Of a DNA stretch of 64,000 nt, positions 39,855 through 53,520 are shown piece by piece. This DNA is from the human T2T-CHM13v2.0 reference genome, Homo sapiens. The stretch is taken from assembly GCF_009914755.1 (NCBI RefSeq), contig NC_060934.1. One strand, 5' to 3'. Made by a program: the position numbers and the translations under genes. Every line of letters starts with the position of its first letter. The first letter of the stretch is position 1. The notes beneath the pieces were generated by a model. It saw only the letters and a program-made list of their open reading frames with translations, had not been told where the DNA came from and did not search any database.

Positions 39855-39990
39855 ACAACTGTGTCAGAATCCTCTGGAGAGCTTCTTAAAATGTAAGTTT
39901 CTGGCCTCCATGCTCAGTGAGCCTGACTCAGCCAGTCAGGATGGGGTCCAGGACTTTTTAACAATCTTTTAACCCCTTCCCATGATTACT
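39855..39990. mobile_element. MER5-type MITE fragment
   Basis: tcagaatcctctggagagcttcttaaaatg...ctgactcagc...ggggtccagga. Confidence 0.55.
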
Positions 39991-41563
39991 ATATAAGGGA
40001 TCCATCCACGCTCCCCTTCATCTCTGGGATTCCATGATTACATGAGTCAGATAATTCACATCTGAACATGCCCTTCACTCATTTCCTAATTCAACTCTTT
40101 GTGGGAGAAAAAAAGAGGTTTTACTGTTTTCTTTCCAATGTAGCAGCCAATTTGTACTGAGAATCAATTGCTCACTGTTGAGCATAGAAGTATTTTAACA
40201 TCCAAATTAGTTCAGTATTGATGAAGCATTTCATGAAATTGTTTCAGGGCCCACAAACTAGTCTATTTTCATGCAGATGCCTTAAAATGGCCTATCAAGT
40301 ATCATCTACAGTATTTCCAGCTCCAAACAGTCTTTCAAGGAGCTTTAGGAGCTTTGGAGTTCTAGCTCCAAAGACCCATGGGTAAAATTCTGTGAGCTCA
40401 TGCAGCAGATCTCTAACCTGTAAATCTTGTGTATCAAATCTGGTCACTTTCTTTGTAATAGTACTCTCCTTCCTTCAACTCAAATATCAGTATTAAAAGC
40501 CCTACATTTTTTTAAACAAATAAAAAAATAGCTGCTTTAAGGTTGCAACATCAGCTGTGAAGGACATATATTAGAATAGTTCCAGGTTTTAAAATGGGGA
40601 GTGCCTGGCCATTTTGCATCCTCTGAACTATCCAGCATCTTCTTATCCACTTAGCCTATGTAGCTAGAGGAAAGAGACAAAATATTAAAACCTTTGAAGA
40701 AGGATCTAAGACCTGTGGTCACTGGGCAGAAAAGGAAGAAGCAAAAGAAGTAGGCATCTGGCATCTGGGAAGTTCTGTTTGTCCTTGGCACCTTCTGCCA
40801 ATATTTCCTTTCCCTTAAGAAAAACTACGAGAGAAGAGACATTGGGCATCCTTCCAAACCTCAATTGAATTGCTGGCAAACTCTGATTAATTATTCTGGG
40901 GAATCCTGGTTGAAAACCTAACATGAATATGCTACTTCAGCAACTATCATTAGAAAAAAATAATCAATTTAATGTATCTGCAACAGTGCTCATTGGGAAT
41001 GTTTTCTCCTATGATAAACACAAAATTTACTTCTTCTTTAAAACCTGTAAATTATCTTTGTTCCTCTGTAAATATTGGAGAATGTTCTCTGTTCTGGCCT
41101 TAGTATACTCAGGACAACCCACCTCCAAGCTTGGGTTTCCTAAGACATAGATCATAGAGAACCCTCAAGCACATTATATTTATCCTTAAACATATCTTTT
41201 TCTCCAAATTTCTGCTACTTTTCTACCTTGATTATCTGGTAAGGTCTACATTGCAGAATGCTGGTCTCCACATGGCACATGCACTGCCATTTCTCCTCCC
41301 TATGCCAATAGCAGATTTCATTATTTTTTTATTTTTAAAATTTTAAAACATACTATATAGAGAGATGAGTATACATAACATATATGTACAGTTTACATAA
41401 TAATAAAAAATCAATTTATGCTCTACTCAGGTTAAATATAAAAACATCTATGGTATTTTAGTAGCTCCTCCCTGATTTTTGCCACATTTTACTGCTTTCA
41501 GAGAAAACAACTGTGCTGAATTTTATGATAATATTTTCTTCCTTCTCTTTGTAGTTTTACCAC

Positions 41564-41959
41564 TGTATTAGGCCATTCTCACACACTACTATAAAGGTAT
41601 ACCTGAGACTGGGTAATTTATGAAGAAAAGAGGTTTAATTAACTCACAGTTCCATGGGCTGTACAGGAGGCATGGCTGGGGAGGCCACAGGAAACTTACA
41701 ATTATTGCAGAAGGTGAATGGAAAGAAGGCACATCTTCACATGGCTGGCAGGCAAGAGACAGCGAAGAGGAAGGTGCCACACACTTTACACCAGCCAGAT
41801 CATGTGAGACTCTATCATGAGTCAGCAGGAAGGGGACAGTGCTAAAACATTAGAAACCACCTCCACGATCTAATCACCTCCCACCAGGCCCCACCACCAA
41901 CACTGGGAATTACAATTTAACATGAGATTTTGGTGGGGACACAGATTCAAACCGTATCA
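41564..41959 (-). mobile_element. MSTA solo LTR
   Basis: tgtattagg...cctgagactgggtaatttatgaagaaaagagg...aaaccgtatca; perfect 5-bp TSD accac. Confidence 0.9.
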
Positions 41960-41979
41960 ACCACCTAAATGTATATCCT

Positions 41980-42335
41980 TGCTATAGTCTAAATGTGTGT
42001 CCCCTCAAAATTCATATGTAAAAATTTAGTCCCCAGTGCAACAGTATTAACAGATAGGGCCTTTAGGAGGAATAAATACTATTCATGAGGGCTTTGCTCT
42101 TATAAATGAGACCAGTGTCCTCTAAAAGAGGCTTGAGGGAGCTCTCCAGCTCTTACAGCCATGTTAGGACACAGCTAGAAGGTACCATCTAGAAAGCAGA
42201 CGGTGAGCTTTTACCAGACATCTAAACTGCTGGTGCCTTGATCTTGGACATCCTAGTGTCCAGAACTGTGAGTAACAAATTCTAAATTACCGAGTCTAAG
42301 ATGTTTTGTTATAGCAGCAGGAACAGACTAAGACA
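41980..42335 (+). mobile_element. MLT1A/MSTD-type solo LTR
   Basis: tgctatagtctaaatgtgtgtcccc...gactaagaca; TSD atcct/accct. Confidence 0.88.
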
Positions 42336-42629
42336 ACCCTTAAACAACCCAGTTTTTGTTGCTAGTTTTTGACTTTTATACAAATAAAAACATATTATAT
42401 ATTTTCTTTTGAGAGTTGCTTCTCTTTCTCAATATAATGTAAAATTCTTTCAGTTGATGCATAAAGTTGCAGTTCACTTATAGCCATCATTATCTCCTAT
42501 TCTATCATATAAATTAACCATAATTCATATATCAACTGATGGACATTTAGGTTATTTCCAGCTTGGGCTGGAACTTGGGAAAATGATCCTGCCCTGCCAC
42601 CTCCTCTTTCTTGTTTTCTGATTTTGTCC

Positions 42630-42909
42630 AGAGAACATGACACCTACACCTGCTCTAGCCATATAGTAACGTTAGGAAAGGAATAGCTGAAATGCCGAAG
42701 GTAATAGTAACATTAGGAAAGGAATTGTTGAAATGCTGAAGGTAGCAAATCTGAAAGAAAGGAAGAGAATCCAGTCACATCACTGAACTGTCTCTGGAAC
42801 CACCAACCTCCAGAAATTTTGTTACATAAGATTAATAAATCCCTATTATTTAAGTCACTTTTATACAAATATTCTTATTTGCACAGCCTAAAGCACACTT
42901 CTTCATACA
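42630..42909 (+). mobile_element. Old MLT1 (J-L) LTR fragment
   Basis: aataaatccctattatttaagtcact...gcacagcctaaagc...ataca. Confidence 0.55.
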
Positions 42910-43280
42910 AGGGTCTAAGATGCCCCAGTGACACTGTTCTAAGGAGAAGGATGGTTCCAAGCCTAGCTTCATAGTTGGTGAAAGAACTACCTCTGTGAGA
43001 TGTAGATGATTTGGTCATCTGCCTCTTCCTGGCACTGGTCTTAATCAAATTGCTGAAATAGATAAATTGTCATACCATCCCTCCAACATTCCTTAGTACC
43101 TTCTCCTTAGCTGGGTTATCCAGTAAGAACAATAGGCACATGCTTTGGGCACGAGCAGAGAAAATCCACCAATAATTTATACTAATTGTTATAATCAGAA
43201 AATATAAAAATAATATTTTAATATCACATATACACAAGTTCTGTGATTTACACTAAAATATTGCTTTGAATTTGAGTAAC

Positions 43281-44156
43281 TGTGGTACAGAGATGTGGTG
43301 CACATTCTTATCTGGTTCTTCTCCCCCTCCTGGGCCTACTGGAAAACTGTGCTTCATAGGCCATCACAGGCAGTCAGGGCTGTTGACTAATCCTAGTCCA
43401 TGAAATGTGAGGAGAAAGACTGAAGATTTTCAGAAATGCTGCTGACTAGTGACTACTATGGGTTTTCTACTTTTTTCTTTTCTAAGTGGAAAATTTATTG
43501 TAGTTTCCTGTCCCTGCCTCACTGAGGTATATTGGAAGGGTGGGGAGCAAGATAAACCTATCTTTTTTATTCATAGGTTACCAGACTAAGACATGTCACT
43601 TCTAGAAATAATGGAGAAGGCTATCTAGATGACATGGAGATCTTGAACTATACAAAGGATGTGGCTCAAGGATGGCATTTTTAATACATCTTCCTGAGGA
43701 AGTGATTAAGTGTGTTCTTCATGTACACAGAAGAATTAAACAATTATTTGGTGATCAAGAAGGCATGTTGCACTGGAGATGACATGTGCTCAGATATACT
43801 CTTTCCTACTCTCCTTCCTGGGAAGATTAGAATTCCCAGTCACCTTGCAGTTAGGCAGGGTCCTGTACTAGTTCTAGCTAGTCAAATGAAAGAAGAAGTG
43901 ATATGAATCTCTTCTGAGCCAAGTATTTTAAAGTAAGTGTGCCACCTTTATGATCTTTCTATCTCCTTGAGCAATAAATGTAGTAGCCACATTTTATTAT
44001 AAAATAATGGCCTACAAAATATAGGAAACTTTCCATATAGAAGCAGAAGAGTGCCCCCTAACCTGCAATAGACTTTACATGATATATTGGTTCTAAACCA
44101 CTGAGCCTTTGGAAGTTTGTTGCTGAAGCAGAACCTATTGTGTTCTGACTAATATA
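43281..44156 (+). mobile_element. Cluster of old LTR fragments (MLT1J-like 43281-43420 and 43767-44156; ERVL LTR-like piece between)
   Basis: ttcccagtcaccttgcagttaggcaggg...aaccactgag...tgactaatata. Confidence 0.55.
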
Positions 44157-45001
44157 ATTATATAATTGGAAACAAAGAAGTACCTGCACGATATTTAGGA
44201 CATTGTTTCCCATCTTTCTAGGCCCAGTGCCCCTTAAATGCTTAGAGATAACTCCTTTTGCAGCCCATAAGACTCACGTCTGGACAATCTGATCATACCC
44301 CAAATCTATTCCCTTCTCACTGACTACCAAAGCATCTTCTTCCTGTCTTTGGCAACTCTGTGGTCTTGCAACCTATGTGCTGAAGAATTCACATTTAAGT
44401 ATTAATATGGCAATAGCAATCTCAGAATATGTCAAGGAAAAAAATAGATTTTAAAATTTTACTTACTTGAGCCCCTGGCCTGAGTATCTATATATAAATC
44501 AGTGTCTACAGGAATGCATTTGCTTGGAATCTTGTAAAAGTTACAGTAGGATTTATTGAGAGTCATTGAGACATCTTGTAATAAAAGCTATTTACAGTTT
44601 AAAAATTATGTATTTCTAGAAAACTGTAAGGAATATACCAGTGTACCTGGTTCCAGTCTTCATTTTTTTAATCTGCAAGGAATTGGTGACCATCCTTAAC
44701 CAGAGTTAAGCAAATAATGTAGTCTCCTTAATCTTTATTCTACACTGCTTATGCATCCCTCAGTATCTCACTTCATACTGTTCTCTGTGGGGCATCCTAA
44801 TCTTGCTTTAAGCTCCTTATTACTTACAGGGACACTTGTTTGAATTAATTTATTATTAAATATTCACATAAAATAAAACTTCATTTCAAATTCTCTTAGA
44901 GACATTTGTTGTCTCATTAAGTACAAAGAAATAAGTGAGTACCAGGTATGCTTTGATCAGTGACATAACAATTTCACCAAGAAGCCAGGTACTTCTTTGT
45001 C

Positions 45002-45332
45002 TTTTATTTTCTTTTTTTCTTATTCTTTTTTAATTAATTATTATTTTTTTTTGAGACAGGGTCTTGCTTTGCTGCCCAGGCTGGAGTAGAGTGGTGTGAT
45101 CAAAGCTCACTGCAGCTTTGACCTCATAGGCTCAAGCAATCTTCTCACCTCAGCCTCCTGAGTACCTGGGACCACAGACACATGCCACTATGCCTGTCAA
45201 GTTTTTTATTTTTAGTAGAGACAAAGTCTTGCAAGTTGGCTAGGCTGATCTCAGACTCCTGGGCTCCAGTGATCTTCCTGCCTCGGCCTCCCAAAGCTCT
45301 GGGATTGCAGGTTTGAGCCATTGTTCCCAGCC
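45002..45332 (-). mobile_element. AluJ
   Basis: gagacagggtcttgct...aagctcactgcagctttgacctc...gagccattgttcccagcc. Confidence 0.88.
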
Positions 45333-46142
45333 CCAGTGTGTTGTTTTTTGCTTTTTTTCCCTCTGTTCTCCCATCTTATGCATTTACTTCATTTTATGAT
45401 TGATTTCTTTTGTGGTCATCTGACCGTAGCATTCCCAGAAGTAACATTCAGACAAGACAAAACTTAGAGTCACGGCAGAAAGAAGATGCCCACTTCCCGA
45501 CTTAATTGGAAGCCCCACAGCATACTTTTTTCCTTCAGGTCTCACTAGCCAGGATTGCATCACATATCCATTCCCAAATCAAAATTGACAATGAGAATAA
45601 GAACTTAGAACAGCAGTTTTCAATGTGTGGTGACTGGGTGTCTAGAAAATCAACAGGCCCTTTCAGGAAATTTATGAGGTCAAAACAGTTTCATAATAAT
45701 GCTAACATGGGATTTGTCTTTTTACTGTGTTGTTATTCACACTGATTGTGTAAAAGCAATGGTGAATAAAACTACTTTATCTTAGCATGAGTCAAAGGAG
45801 AGGCACAAGAGTTGTCTCCAGACACGAAGGTGATTGTTTTCCCCATCAAGCCTCCTGGCTCCCAAATTGGCATAAGAAAAGATGCAACAACAAATGACAC
45901 AAGAATTTTGCATAGGAGTTGGAAGATCATGTCAGCTACAAACAAAAACTAAGGTGGTTGTGAGTTCAGTGTAAGCAACAGTAATATTTGAAGATGACAG
46001 TCACAGAAATGACTGTTCAGACTTGAACCAGCAAATACTGTTTTAAAAGAGCCACAAAAAAAAGAAGGGGTTCAATTCTTAAAGATCTTTTGAAATTTTC
46101 CATTAACCAAAAAAAAGACCCAAAACGATGCTAATGCTACAA

Positions 46143-46300
46143 AAAGTGTTGGCAACTATTTCTATAATAAAATATTTTAATAAAGACATTTGTAGGCCAT
46201 ATAATCTCTGTTGCAACTACTCTGCTTTTATAGCAATATATAAAAGAAATAAATATGGCTATGTTTCAGTAAAAATTATTTACAAATAAATTTTTTAGAA
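46143..46300. mobile_element. MER58A-type MITE
   Basis: gttggcaactatttct...tctctgttgcaactactc...ggctatgtttcagtaaaattattt. Confidence 0.65.
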
Positions 46301-47375
46301 GCAGATGTACCATACTTTATTAGTAGTTCTCATATTTTCCTTTGTCATGCACTTGGAGTAAGAAAGAATACCATTTCACTCAAAAATGTCTTTGATGAAG
46401 CCATAAAAAGCAATAATTTAATAAATATTGGTGCTTGAATTTACTTCTTTTTAATGTCCTGTGTGATGGAATTGGAAATATATCCATGATGCATTTCTGC
46501 TGCATATAAAATATATCTCAAAAAATTGTCTGGACAACTGTTTGAGTTTTAAGTTGAACTAGTCACTTTTTAATGCAATATCATTTCCTTTTCAACAACA
46601 AAAGACCGATGGACAAACTATAATTATTCAGCAGACATTTTGCAAGAATGAATAAAGTGAGTGAACCTCCACTTCAAAGAAAGAAAGAGATGGGGAGGGA
46701 GAAACAAAGATAAAGATGATGGAAAAGAGGAAAACAAGAGGAAAAAGAAAAGGAATGGAAAGGAAGGGAAAAAGACAAGATAATAGTTGACTATATTTTT
46801 TGTCAATGAAAAAATTTGAACTTTTAGAGGAAAATTAGAATTCTGAAAAATTTGTCTCTGCCACCATGAGCTTGTCACCTTCCAAATACCTAAAGACATT
46901 TTAAATGAGATTGTTGGTTATATTAATGAATGTAATACTTTTTATACTAACATTTGAGGAAGAGTTACACAATTCCATAAACCAACATTCTTATAATTAC
47001 CAATGCACGATGTTGCAAATTTATGCACGGTTAAAAGATTCACTTAACACATAATATAAGTCAATGGATTTTAAAGCAGTGGATGAAAAATCCATTAATA
47101 TGATTTTAGTTCATCAACTAACCCTTGAGAAACTACCACTTGTCAAGTTTTAGTGTAGTACCGGAGAAATATCTATAATTACATTAAAAGCTTGTCTATT
47201 AAAATGCTCCTTTTTTCCAACAACATGTCTGTGAAAGGACAGATTTTCTTCATATATTTTAATGAAAACAACATATTGCAACAGATTGAATGCAGAAGCT
47301 GATACGGAAATCGGCTGTCTTTTAGTTGAATCAAATATTAAAGATTTTGTGAAAATGTAAAATCATTTAACTCTT

Positions 47376-50300
47376 TTTATTATTATTATCACACTTTAAG
47401 TTCTAGGGTACATATGCACAACATGCAGGCTTGATACATTGATATACATGTGCCATGTTGGTTAGCTGCACCCATCAACTAGTCATTTACATTAGGTATT
47501 TCTCCTAATGCTATCCCTCCCCCAGGCCGTACCTCCTGACAGGCCCCAGTGTGTGATGTTCCCCGCCCTGTGTCCAAGTGTTCTCACTGTTCAGTTCCCA
47601 CCTATGAGTGAGAACATGCGGTGTTTGTTTTTCTGTCCTTGCGACAGTTTGCTGAGAATGGTTTCCAGCTTCATCCATGTCGCTGCAAAGGACATGAACT
47701 CATCCTGTTTTATGGCTGCATAGTGGTGTATATGTGCCACATTTTCTTAATCCAGTCTATCATTGATGGACATTTGGGTTGGTTCCAAGTATTTGCTATT
47801 GTGAATAGTGCTGCAATAAACATACATGTGCATGTGTCTTTATAATAGCATGATTTATAATCCTTTGGGTATATACCCAGTAAAAGGATGGCTAGGTCAA
47901 ATGGTATTTCTAGTTTTAGATCTATGAGGAATCACCACACTCTATTCCACAATGGTTGAACTAATTTACACTTCCACCAACAGTGTAAAAGTGCTCCTAT
48001 TTCTCGACATCCTCTCCAGCATCTGCTGTTTCCTGACTTTTTAATGATCGCCATTCTAACTGGTGTGAGATGGTATCTCATTGTGGTTTTGATTTGCATT
48101 TCTCTGATGACCAGTGATGATGAGCATTTTTTCATGTATCTGTTGGCTGCATAAATGTCTTCTTTTGAGAAGTGTCTGTTCATATCCTTTGCCCACTTTT
48201 TGATGGGGTTCTTTGTTTGCTTCTTGTAAATTTGTTTGAGTTCTTTATAGATTCTGGATATTAGCCCTTTGTCAGATGGGTAGATTGTAAAAATTTTCTC
48301 CCATTCTGTAGGTTGCCTGTTCACTCTGATGGCAGTTTCTTTTGCTGTGCAGAAGTGTTTTAGTTTAATTAGATCCCATTGGCTTTTGTTGCCATTGCTT
48401 TTGGTGTTTTAGCCATGAATCCTTGCCTATGCCTATGTCCTGAATGGTATTGCCTAGGTTTTCTTCTAGGGTTTTTATGGTTTTGCGTCTAGCATTTAAA
48501 TCTTTAATCTATCTTGAATTAATTTTTGTATAAGTTGTAAGGAAGGAATGCAGTTTCAGTTTTCTACATATGGCTAGCCAGTTTTCCCAGCACCATTTAT
48601 TAAATAGGGAATCATTTTCCCATTTCTTGTTTTTGTCAGGTTTGTCAAAGATCAGATGGTTGTAGATGTGTGGTGTTATTTCTGAGGCCTCTGTTCTTTT
48701 CCATTGGTCTATATATCTGTTTTGGTACCAGTACCATGCTGTTTTGACTACTGTAGACTTGTAGTATAGTTTAAAGTCAGTTAGCATGATGCCTCCAACT
48801 TTGTTCTTTTTGCTTAGGATTGTCTTGGCAATGAAGGCTCTTTCTTGGTTCCATATGAACTTTAAAGTAGTTTTTTTTTTTTCCAATTCTGTGAAGAAAG
48901 TCATTGGTAGCTTGATGGGGATGGCATTAAATCTATAAATTACCTTGGGCAGTATGGCCATTTTCATGATATTGATTCTTCCTATCCATGAGCAAGGAAT
49001 GTTCTTCCATTTGTTTATGTCCTCTTTTATTTCGTTGAGCAGTGGTTTGTAGTTCTCCTTGAAGAGGTCCTTCACATCCCTTGCAAGTTGGATTGATAGG
49101 TATTTTATTCTGTTTGTAGCAACTGTGAACGGGAGTTCACTCATGATTTGGCTCTCTGTTTGTCTGTTAGTGGTGTATAGGAATGCCTGTGACTTTTGCA
49201 CATTGATTTTGCAACCTGAGACTTTGCTGAAGTTGCATATCAGCTTATAGAGATTTTGGGCTGAGACGATCAGGTTTTCTAAATATACAATCACGTCATC
49301 TGCAAACAGGGACAATTTGACTTCACCTTTTCCTAATTGAATACCCCTTATTTCTTTCTCTTGCTTGATTGCCCTGGCCAGAACTTCCAACACTATGTTG
49401 AATAGGAAGGGGGAGAGAGGGCATCCTTGTCTTTTGCCAGTTTTCAAAGGGAATTCTTCCAGTTTTTGCCCATTCAGTATGATGTTCGCTGTGGGTTTGT
49501 CATAAATAGCTCTTATTATTTTGAGATACATCCCATCAGTACCTAGTTTATCGAGAGTTTTTAGCATGAAGGGCTGTTGAATTTTGTCAAGGCCTTTTCT
49601 GCATCTATTGAGATAATTATCTGCTTTTGTCATTGGTTCTGTTTATGTGACAGATTACATTTATTGATTTGTCTATGTTGAAGCAGCCTTGCATCCCAGG
49701 GATGAAGCTGACTTTATCGTGGTCAATAAGTTTTTTGATGTGCTGCTGGATTCAGTTTGCCAGTATTTTATTGAGGATTTTTGCATCAATGTTCATCAGG
49801 GATATTGGTCTAAAATTATCTTTTTTGTTGTTGTGTCTCTGCCAGGCTTGGGTATCAGAATGATGCTGGCCTCATAAAATGAGTTAGGGAGAATTCCCTC
49901 TTTTTCTGCTGATTGGAATAGTTTCAGAAGGAATGGTACCAGCTCCTCTTTGTACCTCTGGTAGAATTCAGCTGTGAATCTGTCTGGTCCTGGACTTTTT
50001 TTGGTTGGTAAGCTATTAATTATTGCCTCAATTTCAGAGCCTGTTATTGGTCTATTCAGAGATTCAACTTCTTCCTGGTTTAGTCTTGGGAGGGTGTATG
50101 TGTCAAGGAATTTATCCATTTCTTCTATATTTGCTAATTTATTTGCATCAAGGTGTTTATAGTATTCTCTGATGATAGTTTGTATTTCTGTGGGATCGGT
50201 GGTGATATCCTCTTTATCATTTTTTATTGCATCTATTTGATTCTTCTCTATTTTCTTCTTTATTAATCTTGCTAGTGGTCTATCAATTTTGTTGATCTTT

Positions 50301-51183
50301 TCAGAAAAACAGCTCCTGGATTCATTGATTTTTTGAAGGTTTTTTTGTGTCTCTATCTCTTTCAGTTCTGTTCCGATCTTAGTTATTTCTTGCCTTCTGC
50401 TGGCTTTTGAATTTGTTTGCTCTTGTTTCTCTAGTTCTTTTAATTGTGATGTTAGGGCATCAATTTTAGATCTTTCCTGCTTTCTCTTGTGGGCATTTAG
50501 TTCCATACATTTCCCCCTACACACTGCTTTAAGTGTGTCCCAGAGATTCTGGTACGTTGTGTCTTTGTTCTCATTGGTTTCAAAGAACATCTTTATTTTT
50601 GCCTTCATTTCGTTATTTACCCAGAGTCATTCAGGAGCAGGTTGTTCAGTTTCCATGTGGTTGAGCAGTTTTGAGTGAGTTTCTTAATCCTGAGTTTGAC
50701 TGCACTGTGGTCTGAGAGACAGTTTTTTGTGATTTCTGTTCTTTTACATTTGCTGAGGAGTGCTTTACTTCCAACTATGTGGTCAATTTTAAAATAAGTG
50801 CGATGTGGTGCTGAGAAGAGTGTATATTCTGTTGATTTGGGGTGGAGAGTTCTGTAGATGTCTATTAGGTCTGCTTGGTGCAGAGCTGAGTTCAAGTCCT
50901 GGATATCTTTGTTTGCCTTCTGTCTCATTGATCTGTCTAATATTGAAAGTGTGGTGTTAAAGTCTCCCATTATTATTGTGTGGGAGTCTAAGTCTCTTTG
51001 TAGGTCTCTAAGGACTTACTTTATAAATCTGGGTGCTCCTGTATTGGATGCATATATATTTAGGATAGTTAGCTCTTCTTGTTGAATTGATCTCCTTGCC
51101 ATTATGTAATGGCCTTCTTTGTCTCTATTCATCTTTGTTGGTTTAAAGTCTGTTTTATCAGAGACTAGGATTGCAAACCCTGC

Positions 51184-51214
<31 letters not shown>

Positions 51215-53520
51215 TTGCATTTGCTTGGTAGATCTTCCTCGATCCCTTTATTTTGAGCCTATGTGTGTCTCTGCACGTGAGATGGGTCTCCTGAATACAG
51301 CACACTGATGGGTCTTGACTCTTTATCCAATGTGCCAGTCTGTGTCTTTTAACTGGGGCATTTAGCCCATTTACATTTAAGGTTAATATTGTTATGTGTG
51401 AATTTGATCCTGTCATTATGATGCTAGCTGATTATTTTGCCCGTTTATTGATGCTGTTTCTTTATAGCATTGATGGTCTTTACAATTTGGCATGTCTTTG
51501 CAGTGGCTGGTACTGGTTGTTTCTTTTCATGTTTAGTGCTTCCTTCAGGAGCTCTTGTAAGGCAGGCCTGGTGGTGACAGAATCTCTCAGCATTTGCTTG
51601 TATGTAAAGGATTTTATTTCTCCTTCACTTATGAAGCTTAGTTTGGCTGGATATGAAATTCTGGGTTGAAAATTCTTTTCTTTAAGAACATTGAATATTG
51701 GCCCCCCTCTCTTCTGGCTTGTAGAGTTTCTGCCAAGAGATCTGCTATTAGTCTGATGGGCTTCCCCTTGTGGGTAACCCAACCTTTCTCTCTGGCTGCC
51801 ATTAACATTTTTTCCTTCCATTTCAACCTTGGTGAATCTGACAATTATGTGTCTTGGTGTTGTCATTCTCAAGGAGTATCTTTGTTGTGTTCTCTGTATT
51901 TCTTGAATTTGAATGTTGGCCTGCCTTGCTAGGTTGGGGAAGTTCTCCTGGATAATATCCTGAAGAGTGTTTTCCAACTTGGTTCCATTCCCCATCACTT
52001 TCAGGTACACCAATCAAACGTAGATTTGGCTTTTTCACATAGTCCCATATTTCTTGAAGGCTTCGTTTGTTTCTTTTTACTTTTTTTTCTCTAATCATGT
52101 CTTCTCACTTTATTTCATTAATTGGTCTTCAATCACTGATACCCTTTCTTCCACTTGATTGAATCAGCTACTGAAGCTTGTGCGTGCATCACGAAGTTCT
52201 CATCCCACCGTTTTCAGCTCCATCTGGTCATTTGAGGCCTTCTCTACACTGTTTATTCTAGTTAGCCATTTGTCTAACCTTTTTTCAAGGTTTTTAGCTT
52301 CCTTGAGATGGGTTTGAACATGCTCCTTTAGCTCGGAGAAGTTTGTTATTATCAACCTTCTGAAGCCTACTTCTATTAACTTGTCAAAGTCTTTCTTCAA
52401 CCAGCTTTGTTCTGTTGCTGGTGAGGAGCTGCAATCCTTTGGAGGAAAAGAGGCACTCTAGTTTTTATAATTTTCATCTTTTCTGCTCTGGTTTCTCCCC
52501 ATCTTTGTGGTTTTATCGACCTTTGGTATTTGATGTTGGTGACCTACAAATGGGGTTCTGGTATAAAAATCTTTTTTGTGGATGTTGATGCTATTCCTTT
52601 CTGTTTGTTAGTTTTCCTTGTAACAGTCAGGTCCCTCAGCTCCAGATCTGTTGGAGTTTGCTGGAGATCCACTCCAGACCCTGTTTGCCTGGTTATTACT
52701 AGCAGAGACTGCAGAACAGCGAATATTGCTGCCTGATCCTTCCTCTGTAAGCTTTGTCCCAGAGGGGCACCAGCTTTTATGAGGTGTCTGTCAGCCCCTA
52801 CTTGGAGGTGTCTCCCAGTTAGGCTAAAAGGGGGTCAGGGACCCACTTGAGGAGGCAGTCTGTCCGTTCTCAGAACTCAAACGCCTTGCTGGGAGAACCA
52901 CTGCTCTGTTCAGAGCTGTCAGACATAGACGTTTAAGTCTGCAGAAGTTGTCTGCTGCCTTTTGTTCAGCTATGCCCTGCCCACAGAGGTGGAATCTATA
53001 GAGGCAGTAGGCCTTGCTGAGCTGCAGTGGGCTCCACCCAGTTTGAGCTTCCCGGCCTATTTGTTTACCTACTCAAGCCTCAGCAATGGCAGACACCCCT
53101 CCCCAAGCCAGGCGGCCACCTCACAGTTCAATCTCAGATTGATGTGCTAGCAGTGAGCAAGGCTCCATGGGCATGGGACCCACTGAGCCAGGCACAGGAG
53201 AGAATCTCCTTGTCTGCCAGTTGCTAAGACCTTGGGAAAAGCATGGTATTTGGGTGGGAGTGTCCTGTTTTTCCAGGTAAAATCTGTCATGGCTTCCCTG
53301 GCTAGGAAAGGGAATTCCCCTGACCCCTTGCACTTCCCTGGTGAGGCGATGCCCCGCCTGCTTCAGCTCACCCTCCATGGGCTGGACCCACTGTCCAACC
53401 AGTCCCAGTGAGATGAACCAGGTACCTCAGTTGGAAATGCAGAAATCACCCGTCTTCTACGTTGATCACACTGGGAGCTGCAGACAAGAGCTGTTCCTAT
53501 TCAGTCATCTTGGAATCCCC
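47376..53520 (-). mobile_element. Full-length L1PA6/L1PA7 (~6.1 kb), ORF1 and ORF2 disrupted
   Basis: 5'UTR start ggggattccaagatg...aataggaacagctc; ORF1 and ORF2 fragments (MTGSNSHITILTLNVNGLN, LFADD); perfect 17-bp TSD aaaatcatttaactctt at 47359-47375 and 53521-53537. Confidence 0.97.

Larger units (their letters stand above)
41325..42565 (-). mobile_element. L1ME 3' region interrupted by two MaLR LTRs
   Basis: Flanking pieces join (…tttaccac / ctaaatgtatatcct / taaacaa…); ends gatggacatttaggttatttccag. Confidence 0.65.

Noticed and set aside
48509-50608. 374 aa and 270 aa ORFs as host genes
   Set aside because: They are fragments of L1 ORF2 within a TSD-bounded element with frameshifts.
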